64,000 nucleotides of DNA from contig JBFJOD010000002.1 in assembly GCA_041617795.1 (NCBI GenBank), forward strand, positions 1,189 through 65,188. The letters run 5' to 3'. This DNA is from Gemmatimonadota bacterium (GTDB lineage: Bacteria > Gemmatimonadota > Gemmatimonadetes > Palauibacterales > KS3-K002). A program made the translations under genes and the position numbers. Below the pieces are notes generated by a model. It ran no database searches and had not been told where the DNA came from. It saw only the letters and a list, made by a program, of their open reading frames with translations. Below are positions 62,859 through 64,000 of this stretch, one piece after another; positions within the stretch are counted from its first letter, which is position 1, and the number at the start of each line of letters is the position of its first letter.

Positions 62859-64000
62859 TTGAAGAGCAGTATTGATCCGGGACTGACGTTCTCGAATTTC
62901 GTGGTCGGCTCGGAGAACCGTCTAGCCTGGGAAGCCGCACGTACCGCCGCAGAGTCACCCGGCTCTGCCTACAACCCACTATTCATCTACAGCGATACTG
63001 GTCTGGGAAAGACGCACCTACTTGTTGCGATCGCCAACCGTGCCCAGGAGCTTCAGCCCGATATTCGAGTCGTCTATACGCCGCTCGAACAGCTGATCCG
63101 CGATTTCGCCAGCGCTTCGGAAGCGGAGTCGTTATTTCAACAGGCCGACATCCTGTTGATAGATGACCTCCAGTTCGTTGGCGAGCATGCTCAAAGCCAG
63201 CGTGTGCTGTTCCACGTGCTCGACCGTCTCTTCATGGCGGGAAAGCAAGTCGCACTGGCATGCGACAGGCCGCCACTCGAGCTCGGAGAGCTCGATGACC
63301 GCTTGCTCTCGCGCTTCAGTGGCGGACTGGTAGTCGACATCGGGCGACCGCTATTGGATACGCGCCGCTCGATCCTGGAGCTGCGCATAGCTGCCATTCA
63401 GGCGAATCTCAGACCGGAGGTGATCGATGAGATCGCCCGACTGGCCATCGAAAATGTGCGACAGCTCAAGGGCGCGCTCAATCGCGTGCTGGTGGCCCAG
63501 AAGAGCGAGGGACGCGAGATACAGGCCGACGAGGTCGACCGCTTGCTGGCCGATGTGGTGGGCGATGGAAACCTGCCCTGGCTGACTGAGGCACGCAGCC
63601 GGGCCGCCGGCGAGTTCGAGGAATTTCTCACCGACGTATCCTCTGCGGTGGAAGAGGCCCTGGGCACACCAAAGTGGCGGGAGGATGTGGCCCGCGCGAT
63701 CCTGAAATGGGAGGCCGAGGGTTACTCGACCAGCCGGTTGGCTGAGTTCCTGGATCAGGGAAGTCGTGAGGATGCCGAGCGGGTCATTCAGGCATACGAG
63801 CGTGATATCTCAATGTTGAACACCATTACGGACGAGTTGAATCGCTTGAACGCCACGCTGCCGAGGGAACTTTCACTAAAGGATCCAGACCGGCTCAGTG
63901 ACCTGCGCCAATTCTTGGAAAAGGCGCGCCGCACGGATCTCGCGTTGGATGAGTTCTTCCTGGACGAAGAGAAAGTGGTCTGGGATTGGCCTGCCTTTGA
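62859..64000 (+). CDS. DnaA/Hda-like AAA+ ATPase with a non-DnaA C-terminal region, 3' partial
   Basis: I translated this by hand. The frame is open from TTG 62859 (AGGAGG 7 nt upstream; an in-frame TTG at 62853 is the alternative) to the window end (380 codons). LTFSNFVVGSENRLAWEAA...YNPLFIYSDTGLGKTHLLVAIAN (Walker A), ILLIDDLQF (Walker B), DRLLSRFSGGLVVDI (box VII Arg) and NVRQLKGALNRV (sensor 2) match DnaA domain III. It has no DnaA domain I/II, and the 150 aa after the AAA+ module do not resemble DnaA domain IV. Confidence 0.8.
   Translation, partial: MKSSIDPGLTFSNFVVGSENRLAWEAARTAAESPGSAYNPLFIYSDTGLGKTHLLVAIANRAQELQPDIRVVYTPLEQLIRDFASASEAESLFQQADILLIDDLQFVGEHAQSQRVLFHVLDRLFMAGKQVALACDRPPLELGELDDRLLSRFSGGLVVDIGRPLLDTRRSILELRIAAIQANLRPEVIDEIARLAIENVRQLKGALNRVLVAQKSEGREIQADEVDRLLADVVGDGNLPWLTEARSRAAGEFEEFLTDVSSAVEEALGTPKWREDVARAILKWEAEGYSTSRLAEFLDQGSREDAERVIQAYERDISMLNTITDELNRLNATLPRELSLKDPDRLSDLRQFLEKARRTDLALDEFFLDEEKVVWDWPAF

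Noticed and set aside
62859-64000. The DnaA-like gene as the chromosomal replication initiator, marking oriC.
   Set aside because: It has no DnaA domain I/II. The visible post-AAA+ sequence is unlike domain IV. No dnaN follows within the window, and I saw no cluster of TTATCCACA-like boxes or AT-rich unwinding region nearby. The missing 3' end prevents full exclusion.
1-64000. A search for CRISPR arrays, tRNA/rRNA genes, transposases, integrases, prophage or defence islands.
   Set aside because: I found no direct-repeat/spacer periodicity, no tRNA-like T-arm or acceptor motifs in the intergenic regions, and no ORF with transposase, integrase, restriction or toxin-antitoxin hallmarks. The window looks like stable core chromosome.

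Overview
GC-rich bacterial chromosomal segment from a diderm (TolC, TonB/ExbBD and lipoprotein genes are present). It is almost fully coding and mostly core housekeeping. I saw no rRNA, tRNA, CRISPR array, transposase, integrase or phage genes. In order: a sulfur-relay cluster (SQR-like fragment, DUF1641, TusE, DsrE-like); typA, an N-terminally short rho and an ATP-dependent DNA ligase; an S9 peptidase; an RND efflux operon whose pump gene is broken by an in-frame TGA; sod and hutH; a type IV minor-pilin cluster next to a REC-GAF-GGDEF gene; an orphan yqeC operon; a PilA-like pilin; rpsU; tilS-hpt-ftsH-folP-cdaA; exbB-exbD-exbD-tonB; and yggS-divIVA-PNP-ileS-dksA-like-lspA-rluD. The most interesting part is 53.5-64 kb. 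There, eleven tightly packed same-strand genes join a chemosensory core (CheW-CheY-CheA-CheC, with no MCP, CheR or CheB) to a large TPR protein, a DUF4388/PATAN-wHTH-TPR protein, a TPR-Roadblock fusion, a Roadblock protein, MglB and MglA. The run ends with a DnaA-like AAA+ ATPase that lacks the DnaA N-terminal and DNA-binding domains. I read this as a candidate hard-wired chemosensory-to-polarity-GTPase module, analogous to the actinobacterial conservon. All family assignments come from reading the supplied translations and recalling motifs; no database search was run.
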